64,000 nt of DNA. Origin: Balanoglossus misakiensis (lineage: Eukaryota; Animalia; Hemichordata). How positions within the stretch are numbered: position 1 is the first letter of the stretch; each line of letters starts with the position of its first letter. The notes under the pieces were generated by a model that saw only the letters and a list, made by a program, of their open reading frames with translations, searched no databases and had not been told where the DNA came from. The stretch is taken from assembly GCA_040954595.2 (NCBI GenBank), contig CM082592.2, forward strand, positions 11,503,912-11,567,911. Direction: 5' to 3'. Of the stretch, positions 23,069-36,800 are shown in pieces. A program made the position numbers and the translations under genes.

Positions 23069-24609
23069 TCAGGTGGCCATTTCTCTCAGAAGTAAAGTCG
23101 AAGATTTGTCGGCGGTACTGGTATTTCGCGAGACTCTTTCCTTTATCAGAACAACACAATCGAGCACGATCACTACAACGACAAGTGAAAGTAAAACAGA
23201 CGCCATAAGGTAAGAAGGCAACTGTCGCTCTATGGGACTGGCCTTTCGTCCAAAACTAGTGCCGTCGTCGTCATCATCATTCGGCAAAGTGGTCTCCACT
23301 TTAGGTCTGTGTGAGGACCATCCCGTGGGCAGAGTTGTTTGAGTTTGTTCGTCTACGGTAGTCAAGGAAACTTGCGCTGTTGTCTGAACTGCCGTAGTCG
23401 TCTGCGTTGTTGTCAAGATAGTCGTTGGCCGCTGCGGCGTTGTTTGTTCGTCTGTGCTTGACACGAAAGTCGACGCAACCTGCGTTGTCTGAACTGCCGT
23501 AGTCGTTTGCGTTGTTGTCAAGAAAGTCGTTGGCTCCGGTGTTGTTGGCATGGCAATCGTAGACCCTTGCTCTGTTGTTACTGTCGGTGAGGTAAATGAA
23601 ATCAATATGCGTACATATAAGAAGGGAGGGATCCGGGAGAGACAGGCGACGGGCTCAATGATTACGAACTTCTCGGCAAGATATCTGTAAATTTGGTTAT
23701 CATCCAATAAAAAATAAATACGACAGAAATATGTCACCAATAATATGCGTATTAGAGATGATGGTATACTACAACAAAATTAACTATACTTTGCATTTTA
23801 AAAAAAAATTCGTGATAGCGTTGCTATGCTTTGAAAAAAAAGACAACTAAGTTTCTTCGTCATAAATGTTAACGCGTCTATCCGTTTAGTTTGGAACCAC
23901 AGGTTGATAGAAAGGAATATTCGTTTTTCCTACCTGTCATCGGAAATCTGCATATGTAGCTGCTTGTATCCGAACAGTCCAGAGAGACCCATGCGAAGTC
24001 ATCATCCTCGGACATGGTAACACACGTCTTCTCGTTGTCCTGGCCGTCTGGCCTCCAGTAGGTGTAACTGGTCTCAGTCAGCGGAGATCCGTCAACCCAC
24101 ACATAGTTTCCGTCCCTGTCGACGTTTTGTAAACCAGTCCAGTAATCATTTTCTCGCCCGTTCAGTATTTCGTACAAGAATGATTGCATGCCTTCGTCGC
24201 CTATGATGGGAAACTCACCACCTTGCACCATGCATTGAGCGCGTGCACTGTAGAACTCATAATCGACTGGATCGAGTTGAAAACAGGCACTGTCGTAATA
24301 ATATTGTCCGTATGGGCATGAAGCTAGAAGAAACAAATAACAGGACTGTTGAGTGGTGAAAATCCCAGAAATGATCATATCTCCTTAGAAAACTGTTAGT
24401 CGGAATGTACTTTGATTTACTTGATGATCGCTCAGTGGGCTTTAGGCCTAGATTCGATCTCATGCACAGAGCAAAGTCCAAGTCATGAGTTTTTAGACTC
24501 GTTCAACGTTTGAATAGTTGTGTTCTTGCCACTTACCTGTAGAGTTTGGCGTTATAGAGAAGATGAAAAACAAAATGATCAGAGTTTTAAAACATCCTAG
24601 TTTTTCCAT
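23069..24609 (-). CDS. type I membrane C-type lectin-domain protein with Thr-rich mucin-like stalk
   Basis: Exon 24537-24609 encodes a signal peptide (MEKLGCFKTLIILFFIFSITPNST). Exon 23934-24323 encodes a CTLD (CPYG..C..C..YWTGL..YVWVDGSP..YTYW..C..W...C....YIC). Exon 23069-23580 encodes a Thr-rich stalk, TM helix (YLMASVLLSLVVVVIVLDCVVLI) and short tail. All introns are phase 1 and join in frame. Confidence 0.88.
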
Positions 24610-25693
24610 TTTGTTGCCAGCAAAGTAAGCATGTCGGATACGAACTTCAAACAGTGGCATCTCGACTTGCTGTTTGAACCAGAATTAGAAACACTGCACC
24701 AATCAGAAGAACTTGCGTGCTGAAATCGCACTTTAAATGGTGATCGATTTGAAGTTCTTCCGGCGAATGTACTTGTGACAAAGAATCTTCTCAATTACAA
24801 AGCACAATTATTGTGTATTTTGGTTTGCGGCGGGATGATTGTTTTCGTGGCTTATGTACCGTCCTAATTCCGTGAAATTTCGACATTCGTTTCTGTAAAA
24901 GTGCATTTACATGAACAGGTGTACGTGGTCCCAGGAGTTTTGAAATCTCGCGAGACAGCTACCATGACTACGAACCATGGCAACAGAGACTCCACTTGCT
25001 GTTTATGATAAAAGTCCAATTCTTTCCTTGTACATGTATTTATACCTAAACTTCGTAGACATAATGCTGCTGATGTGTTTTTCCCGAAAAAAATAATAGA
25101 TCGATTTTTTTTACATTTGATTTTTCTAAAGAAGTTGCTGCATGATAAGCTTCTATATGACCAGGTGAGTAGTTGACATGGTAACGGGGATCCCTCGGAG
25201 CAGTCGCATTTGAAATATCAAGAAATATTAAGGACACAATAGTTTTAGTGTTTACGTGAAACATAAAAATACAAAACGCATACGGACCTTACAGAAAATC
25301 AATAGTCTCTACCCCATTTTGCAAAAACGCTGCCCGATTTATGGCAGATATTTGAGCATGGACAAAATTATTAACATATCCTTTAAAGCGGATTTTTTTC
25401 TGTGATAATAATCTTTCGATAATGTTTGTGCACTCCACATCTTTGAAATTTATTGTAGTGTGTTATATGCAAAGTTCGCGCGATTATTAATTTTTAACTT
25501 AAAGCAACAATGTTCGAGGGACGGTCACCAACAAAGTATCTTGTCATATCATATCTAAAGCAAACAGAAGACGTTCTTTGACCTACCACTTATTTGATTC
25601 TGACAACTGATATCGTCGGAATTGTCATTTGAAGCCATGAACACCTTTCGTATCTATGCGACCGAACACTGACGGCGGTGATCAAATCACAAA
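24610..25693. promoter_or_regulatory. divergent lectin/SLC7 promoter region
   Basis: Palindrome TCTCGCGAGA at 24946-24955; X-box-like sites at ~24971-24984 and 25172-25185; + strand donor CCAG|GTGAGT at 25164/25165 (possible SLC7 5'UTR exon). Confidence 0.45.
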
Positions 25694-28600
25694 ATGGAGG
25701 AAGACTCGCGTTCGAAGACTGACGGGGTGCCACTTGACGGAGAGGCGGGAGGAGGTTTCGCAACTTCGCAAGTTTTACAAACGACGGACGACGCGATGTC
25801 GAGTCAATCGGACGGACACGCGAAGGTTGCGATGAAACAGCAGCTTGGTCTGGGTACAGCCATATCAATGATAATGGGCTGCATCATCGGGTCTGGCATA
25901 TTCATCTCCCCGAAGGGAGTGCTGTTATACAGCGGATCTGTGGGTGGTGCTCTGATCGTCTGGGGAGTGTGTGGCGTCATCGCTTTCCTTGGAGCTCTGT
26001 GTTACGCCGAGCTCGGCACCACAATCAAGAAATCTGGCGGGGACTACACGTACTTGTATGAATGTTTTGGTTCTGGTCTAGCTTTTTTACTGATTTGGGT
26101 GTATCTGATAATCATTGGACCTGGCAACATATCCATCGTTTCGCAGACTTTTGCCATATATGCTATTGCTCCTTTTTATGACGATTGCGAACCGCCTCAG
26201 TTTGCTGTAGTCTTACTGTCCGAAGCTTGTATTTGTGAGTAGATACTTAGTATGATTCAGTATAATTCTTATAACATTTTGGTATACTATAGTGGCCAAT
26301 ATCTAAACTGTCAGAGGAGTGCACATCTAATATACAGAGCGTCTTCACAAAACTACATTGTTCAGTGCACAATTGATTAACACCCACCAGTGCTCGACGA
26401 GAACAGATAAGATACAAATCTTTGGATACAGCATTGTCCCTACCACTGAGGAATGTGAGACATAAGTTATATTTTCTTTTGCAGTTTTGATCTTCGCATA
26501 CAATTGCTTCACCGTGCGTGGCGCTGCTATAGTACAGAATGTGTGCACCGTTGCCAAGGTTTTGGGGTTGTGTATTATCATGGTGGCCGGAATCGTTCTT
26601 CTTTTCCAGGGTAAGGTACATGAATTATATTCCCAGAATCACTCTTGAAACTAAGCCACTAGGCAGTAAAGTCGTACAGCGAGATGGTCGATTGAACCGA
26701 CCAAGGAAACAACCAACTTTTGCTTTAAAATTTCCTCCTATTAACCTACAACGGTTGGTAATTATTCGCCTAACTGTTCATAGAAATTGCCGATACTAGT
26801 AATCATTATTACTTGATCAATGACAGGGCAAACGCAATATTTAAATTTTGACGGACCGGGAACTTCAGTGACGCGGATATCACTGGCTCTGTACGCCGGG
26901 TTGTTTTCTTATGGAGGGTGGTAAGTTGTTTTGGACTCGACATGTAAATACAGTAATGACAAAACCATAGACGTGACGGACATTTAGCTTATTAGCAATT
27001 TATATTAATTTTGGAAAGTCGATCTACTGATGAGGCTTCACCAAACATATCAACGAAAAGATTGACTGGCGTAGTGATGCATTTGCCATGTACAACATTT
27101 CTCTGACAAACTATGTATTTTTTGGTTGAGGTGCACTGATACACATTATGTTTAACACAGGTCACTTTTAAACACAATCACTGAAGAACTCAACAATCCA
27201 AACAGGTAACATCGTCTTCATTACACTAGTATTTTTACCAAACGAACAACTAGGATGCCACCAACGGCAACATTGATTGAATTTGACAGTATTTATGTGA
27301 ATATTATGTAAATGGAAAGTGCTCCAAGATATTAATAATATTCTCTCCCCCCTCATTCTAACTGTCTGCTTGCCTGGACTGTGCTTCTGTCTCTGACTGC
27401 CTCTCCCTCCCTCTCTCCCTCCCCAGGGACTTCCCTATCGCCGCATCCCTATCTATGAGCCTCATCACCGTCATCTATGTTCTTACCAACATAGCGTATT
27501 TCACTGCGATGTCACCAATAGAACTTCTGACATCTCCAGCGGTCGCCGTGGTAGGTATCGAACCCATATTTTTTTTCTATGGGGAGGGGGTTCGTGTTTT
27601 TTCGCTTTTACACACAAAGACAAACTAAACATTTGTTACAGACCTTTGGAGACAAGGTTCTTGGGAACTGGGCATGGACCATGCCTGTTGCTGTGGCGCT
27701 GTCTACCTTTGGAACGACCAACGGAAGTGTTTTGGGAGCTTCAAGGTAACCAGTCTTTTTTGAGGGACTATGGGTAAACTGACGTGGAAACTCTTTTTGG
27801 CAAATAACGCTAATTTGCTGCAAAACTCAATCACCATTTACTATTCTGCACATATATCTGTGTTAATTTACAGAGCTGTGTTTGTTTGTGCGAGAGATGG
27901 TTACCTTCCAGACCTGTTAAGTATGCTTCATACTGACTATATGACACCAATGCCATCACTGGTTTTAATGGTAAGATAGTTTGACGAGAGGTGGATAAAT
28001 TCCGCCGATACTTTTCTGTCAATCAACCGTAATAATTTCATCTTTATCTTTTGCCCTTTCCCCTTCTATTTTCCTATTTTATTTTGACTCACGTAACTTG
28101 TCTGTCTGTCTGTCTGGTTTTTGTCCGCCTGTACTTTGCTTCACATCAGTGGATTATATCAGCGATCTATGGCCTCTATCCTGACGTGGAGAGCTTGGTC
28201 AACTATACAAGTTTCGCCTACTGGCTGTTTGTGGGTATCGTGGTCACTGGCCAAATATGGCTGCGATACAGGAGACCGGAAATGCCACGCCCATTTAAGG
28301 TAATTTTAACTGCATATTTCGTCATGAATGGGGTATTTCGACAGTTTTGGCAAAATAACATTGCATTCCTTATCAATGCAATGAAAATGGACATTATAAA
28401 TTTTACTGTTTGAAACTGATTTCTAAAATCTGACTCACTTTATAGCCTTCTTTTCTTTACAGATTCACATTTCAATTCCAATCTTCTTCACCCTATTTTC
28501 ATATTTCCTGGTTTTCGTCTCAATATTCTCGGCGACCAAAGAGGCTGTCATTGGTGCAATAATCATCATCACTGGTATTCCTGTGTATTTCTACGCGATC

Positions 28601-28892
28601 TGGAAAAGTAAGCCACGATGGCTTAAGGATGCGCTTCGTAAGTATCTACTTCCAAGAGGTCACAGTCAAACCTGTCTATAGTGGTCAGTCAAGGGACTTT
28701 CCTAAACTGACCTTTATAGACAGGTCAGTTAATTTACATGTAGGGACTGTAACAAAGTGGCCACGGCTTTCACTTTATCAGCCATAGTGAAACCTGGGTA
28801 TGTCATTCTAAATTATTTCATCAACAGGTGCTTGCATGATATTTTTCCAAAAATGGATGCTTGTGGTACGACAGGAAGTAAAGACCTACTAG
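25694..28892 (+). CDS. SLC7-family L-type (LAT/y+LAT/b0,+/xCT-like) amino-acid transporter light chain
   Basis: [30 protein letters not shown], the conserved Cys in PFYDDCEPP (heavy-chain disulfide site), [21 protein letters not shown] and C-terminal FQKWMLVV. Ten exons ~25694-26234, 26485-26610, 26828-26920, 27161-27205, 27427-27550, 27642-27745, 27874-27970, 28150-28299, 28463-28637, 28828-28892 (TAG). Confidence 0.93.
28663..28765. mobile_element. degenerate pogo/Tc1-mariner-type MITE fragment in the last SLC7 intron
   Basis: Starts with CAGTCAAACCTGTCTATA and contains the internal inverted copy TATAGACAGGT. This resembles CAGTCAAACC-terminated MITE families; the right TIR is not recognisable. 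Confidence 0.5.
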
Positions 28893-29212
28893 GATAATCT
28901 ACAAGTTGTTTGTAGGATACTGCAAGGGAAGAAGATAATTAAAGCATTCTATGAACGACCAGAGAAATGAGGCATTGTATAAAATGTATACCTGGAGACA
29001 GGCCAACAGTTAAACTGATAATAAACTTGTTTTCAGATATCTTGAATCTTGCGTACATTTTCTGTCGACGCCAGAGCAGTAATTGGTAAAAATGCCACGT
29101 TTATTCATCATAATACGATGCTTTATACATGACATCTTCAGTATTTTATCAAATGTACTTGATGCATTGTTGAGAATTCATTGCATCTTCTACATTTCCA
29201 CTAGACCACATT

Positions 29213-31499
29213 TTAGCGTGGACATAGCGCATGTCTTCCTCCATCAACTGGTAGTTGTGTTGCAGTGATGAAGGATGATTCATCGGATGCAAGGAATGCT
29301 ATCGCCTTGGCAACTTCGTCAACATTTCCAACACGACCCAGAGCATGTGTGCTTTTGCTGTGTTCTAAAAACTGATAAGAGAAAAGATAGTTTTTGTTTC
29401 TGTGTATATGGTCCTGTGGTGACACCCTCAAGAAAAAGCCATGGGTGTCCCAACGACCTCTGTGACATATTATATGTAGGACTTGTACTTACATTATTGT
29501 ACGATTCCTCATCCATTCCACCTCGTTTCTGTAACGCTGTTATGATCACTCCAGGACTACAAGAGACAAGATGTCGGAAACATTACATTCATTAATTAAG
29601 ATCTTGGAAGTATTCTACTCTTGTTTTATCATGGATACATATGGACTGGCGACTTTTAGGTACAAACATCCAAGGTCTCTGGAGGGACCATAGCACACCC
29701 AAATTATACTGGACCAAGAGGTAGAGAAAGGTAGATGCTAGTTAAAATTTGAAACATAAAATGACACCACTTACTTCACAGAATTCACCCGGACTTGTTT
29801 GGAAGCCAGTTCTGCAAACAAATCCAATGACAAATGGCAGACTTTACATGTAGGTCATTGTGTGATAACATGTGTGTGTACGTGCATAATTCAACCGAAT
29901 GTATGTCACTAGTTTTTGTCAAGTGACACTCAGGTAAACAAGCCTTCAAGATAGTGGCTGCTTCGATATGGGGGTTTGTTAATAATGTGCACAAAAACTC
30001 ACCCACAGCTATGCAGTTTGTAAACTGGTCAACAGCAGCCTTGGACATCGTGTATACCAACACACCTGGAAACTGGAAATATGGTCATTACAAAATGTTA
30101 AAAGTAGTCATTTTATGCCAGTCACTGGTGGAAAATATTGAGATAATTGCACACCAGCTTGTCTACCATTCACAAAACTGTTGCATACATTCACACTTTG
30201 AACAACTAAAATTGTTGCTACAGTTTCAGGTTTGGGAATTGTTGATTGATGGAAAGTTATACAACTCACCGATCTCATACCATTTACACTCGATACATTG
30301 ACAATGGAACCTGTGGACAAAAAAGGAACAATAATTGACTGTGTGCCCTGGCTCCAAATCTGATTAGAATCACATGCGAAGCTTGGCTCTGTCTTCGGGC
30401 TCGCATTAAATAGATCTGTGACTTCAAGCATTTCTGGACTTTGTTCAAATATCACTGACCTTTTGCCTTGATCAGGTGCGGAACAGCCAACATTGTGATG
30501 TGGAACATAGATCTCACATTAATGTTCATGACACTGTCATACTGTTCCAATGACGTTGTCTCTATGGATCCTCTTGCGATGGTTCCAGCATTGTTAATCT
30601 TCAAATAAAAGTAGTAAAGATATTGTGGCTAGCTTCAACTTCACAAAAGTACTGCATGGTTTATCCACTCCATACATATGGACAGTTTACTGATGACAAC
30701 TCCCCTTGGACATTGCATGTGCTTGATATTTTGAAATAATCTTAATTTTAGTATTTATAATACTCACCAATGTATCAAGTCGACCAAAATATTCAATGGT
30801 TTTTTCTACTGCTGCCTTGCAGTCTTCTTCTTTGCTCAAATCACCTTGGATTAACAGGATCTGCCAAATACAACAAGTGTCTCCCATGAGTATTTCTACA
30901 AAAGCAGACAACTAACACTCTGCAAAGGACTTAGAAATTGTTGCTTTCAGAATCTTTATAATCAAATGCATACCTTGTCTTTAGGCAGACCATTGACTTC
31001 ACACTCGGCACCAGTTTTCTCCAAGTTTTCCTTGTTTCTTCCACACAATGCCAGATAACATCCCAGGGATGCAAAGTGTTTGGCTGTTCCAGCTCCAATG
31101 CCAGAACTGGCTCCTAGAGTGATAATAAACAATATATAAACAAAGGAACACCAATGAGTCTTTTGGGCTGTTTTTCAGTATTTTCGGTGTCTGCGAGAGC
31201 ATGAACTACAGCCAAATATGCCAATGGGAAGGCTGCAGGCTGTGGACCTTCACACTTGCTTCTGGGTCGAAAGTTCGCTCTGCAGCTCCGTATAAATTTA
31301 CAGCCTTTACTCATTCTACTAGTGTCCGGCTGGCGTCTTTGCCGGACACTCTCGTCTCGCTATACAATATTACTAACTTGGCGACCACAAGCACTCTTGA
31401 AGCACCGTATCATTTACGAACCAAATTAGTTCAAGCTAAAACAACTTTGTGGACATTCTTACCTGTAATTAACGCAACTTTTCCTCGCAGCGAAGACAT
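29213..31499 (-). CDS. classical short-chain dehydrogenase/reductase (FabG-like), tandem copy A
   Basis: MSSLRGKVALITG|ASSGIG (TGxxxGxG), INNAG, GSIVNVSS, catalytic YTMSK, VNSV.PG and [13 protein letters not shown]. Nine exons ~31463-31499, 30974-31113, 30768-30861, 30460-30598, 30270-30310, 30004-30072, 29775-29810, 29492-29556, 29213-29365. Confidence 0.92.
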
Positions 31500-31910
31500 T
31501 TCAATTTAGCCTGGTCAGCTGGTGGGCGGGGCACGTGTTGACCTCAGAAACGTGATCAGGTGACCGTAACTGACCTTTAACCTTACATAACCCGGCCCTT
31601 GTATAAACCAATGTAAACTTGTATAGTACTCTGGAATATGTTGTGTAGTTTGTATGTGTGGTACTAAAATCTTATAATGGGTAGTGACACAAAACACTTA
31701 ACTACATGACCATGTTCAGTTTACATTTTTTTTTAATACACAACATGCACTTTAAGTGAGTGCCGTAAGATACAGTAAATTCCTTTGAAAAATTGTAACA
31801 TTAACAAAGTGGTATGCACCACTCATATTTATAACACTGGTTGCACCATAGACCTATTTTTAATGATTTTGCTCCTATTTTTCACAAACTAAATTTGACA
31901 ATTCTCTTCT

Positions 31911-33824
<1,914 letters not shown>

Positions 33825-36800
33825 TTTTATATCTTAATGACAGCTAGCTCGAGTCACTAACACTCTACAGCAGACGGCTTGCACCACGTCAACCTAGTGG
33901 AAGTTAGGGTCAGAATCAGAATCAGATTCGCGTGAGCTCAGCTAGCAAGGTCACTCTATTCTAATGACTCCATCGCACGTCTTTACAGAGTCATGAACTG
34001 ATAAAGATTTGCGGGTTTATTTTTGGGGCGTTTCGGCACACGACAGCGAGCGATACAGCTATACAGTAGGCCGCATTTGGTTTTTACACACACAAAAACT
34101 TTTGAAGAATAACGAAAGTATTTTTGTATGGCCACTGGTGGCGCTTTACACTATGTCCGATCCAGACAAGGCACGAAAACAAAACAGATTGGTAACAGCT
34201 GAATAAGATTACTAAAGCAACGTGTATCAGTGACTGAACTTCTGCATTTCAAATATTAATAGCAACTTCAAATCAACTTAACAAAAATACTCTGTGTGAA
34301 CGGGTATTTCTTAGTACGTCAACCTAAAAAGGGTCGTAAGAAGTACCTTGGTCGTAAGGCGCATGCATTGTTTGCTTTCAAACGCAAATATTTTTCGGGA
34401 CAATAAGACTTTGTCTTGTGTCACTTTGAACCTTCATATTATTGGTACGTTGTATTCTTTCAATATTTTGAATGTAAAGAAACTGTATCAGAGAACAAGA
34501 GCACGGAACAACAGCAACATAATATAATATCTCCCTCTAGTGGCAAGTGCGTTGTGATTTGTAAAATTATCGCGTGCAACTTTCTCGTCGATGTAAAGGA
34601 CACTATACCGGAACTGTTGCCATTCTGTATTTGTAGTATGGCGTGCAGTGAAATGTTTTACCGCATGTTTTGAGTTTTATTCTTTGGTTGATGTCAGTCG
34701 CATGTCCACGCATCTTCAATACAACAAATCATAAAAACTTAAACATAAAAACGGGGTAACCGAGTTTTCATTTTGGTGAACGCCAATTCTCGTTTTAGTG
34801 TGCGGTATATGGCAGCCATTATAAAACCGAAAGTTGTGGTTTTTGATGAGGCGTGGTTTCGCCCAGAAATTTTCCCCTTGAAGTGAATTCCGCAGAAGTA
34901 ATGCTGCGATGTCGCACTTAATTGAAAAAAAGTGACATCGCTGCGTTAATTGTGTACTCTACAATACTTGGTCGATAGAATTTCAGTCCGTATGGTCTGA
35001 GTACGTGAATCGTGAAAAATTCATTTCAATATTGGTTGGATGACGTCATCCACGCGCATCACGAAATTGGTTGTTATAGTGAATTTATCTCGTCTGCCCA
35101 ACTCTAAAGGCAACGCGATATAAACCGTGGCTCTCCGTGAAGGGGTCTGACTTGTAACCGTGAAATCCGCAGGAAAACCTAGTGAAGTGGGAATCGTCTT
35201 TCAACGCATAAATCACTCAGAAACGACGTTATCGCGCAGGACATCCCTATAGAGCCATGCCGAACAACGTTAACGCTAGCCGACCGAAATCACCTATTCT
35301 GGCGCAAATTGAAAAATAACATTATTAACTACACTAATTTGATTAGTGAGATGCCGCAACTGTGTTATCGCTTCGCAAAATTAATCGACAGACTTCTAAC
35401 TACATTTGAGCAGGTCGGGGATAGATAATACCGTACGGAAATGAGGAGAGTTCTCTTCAAGATATATTTATGATTCCCTCACAGGGCCATCGTTGACCTT
35501 TGACCCGACGCTACCTGAACTCAATTTCAGGATGGAACACAAATTAATATCTAATAGGTCCGGGCTGGGGGCAAACCCAATCGTACCAATGGGACGACTT
35601 TCAGTTATTTTCCGCGATCATATTTAGGAAATATGCGACTAAGGGCAAATCCCTAGACTATAATGCAGTAAAATTTCTTACAAATTATGCTTCGCCATAC
35701 CCAGAGAGATTATTTTGGAATTTAACTCTTGGCAGGGAGGTGACGGATTATAGCAAAACAAAATGGGACATGATGCGTGTTGAAAAGTTATTTCTCCCGC
35801 CCTGAGCTTAGTCTATACTGACAATAATTTGGAAAGAATGCAATAGTTATAATTTGTTTGGCTCTTAAAATGATATTTCAAAAACGTGTCCGGCCAATAC
35901 TTCCTCAGACCTCATCACATCATGGACACGTGTTCGATCCGTGTGGTGACGACAGTCTGCATAATATGAGGTGATCCCAACCCAGTTTTGATAAGGCGAT
36001 AAATTTCTGGCTAATTTTATAACACCGATAAAAATTGATAAAGTTAGTGCAATTTGTTTGGTCGCATTTTATCTTAATTGTTGCAGGTACTACTGGTGCG
36101 TGGTTGTGGTGGCTTTGCTGTAACTATTAAACTGAGCGGTACACGTATATAGCCCCCAGCAACCCCGCGCTATCTACCTATTTGCAGTATCTTCGATTTC
36201 CAGTCCAACGAACACGCCGCCGTAGCACGGACGCAAAAGCGCATCTGCGCTGGTATTGTTCTCCTCACCCCGTATCTTTGGACACTCTGTTTGCAAACTA
36301 CAGCGGATCGCCATTTATCTCAGAAATGTTGGTACTGAAAACACTCACAAAATGTGCGGCGAAAGAAAAAAATGTCCTATCAAAACAGCGGCCACATGCC
36401 CAGGGGGTGCATGACCTATTTCTGATGATAAACTTTGCCTCTTCATCTTATATTGTGCGGACTCGTATGAAAGATGACAGGAGCTGGGATGAGCTCAGGT
36501 GCCGTACTGCTCGGGCCCCCGAGGCGAGAGAAGTTTAAATTTGCCAAGGATAATTGGGACAGTCGTTTAAAGCGTTTTATCTTCGACACCGGCGGGAAAC
36601 TTTGCGAAGCAAAGATGGTTGTCTTTCCCCATGAGAGCTCGATAAAAAAAAGATCGCAGTTTTCTGGACCGGAAATGTGTGTTGTATGAGTTACAGCAGT
36701 TGTGCTACTGACGCAAAACATATTTACTTCTGTATTGATTGCAACACACAACATTCTCTTCGCGTCACGAACATCCTTATAGAGAAATCTCAGCATCACA

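Noticed and set aside
33901-33912. GTTAGGGT and other single telomere-like hexamers, considered as a telomerase RNA template
   Set aside because: The matches are too short and no pseudoknot or H/ACA context is recognisable.
35930-35942. GTTCGATCC Pol III B-box-like motif
   Set aside because: No A box, cloverleaf or oligo-T terminator at suitable spacing.
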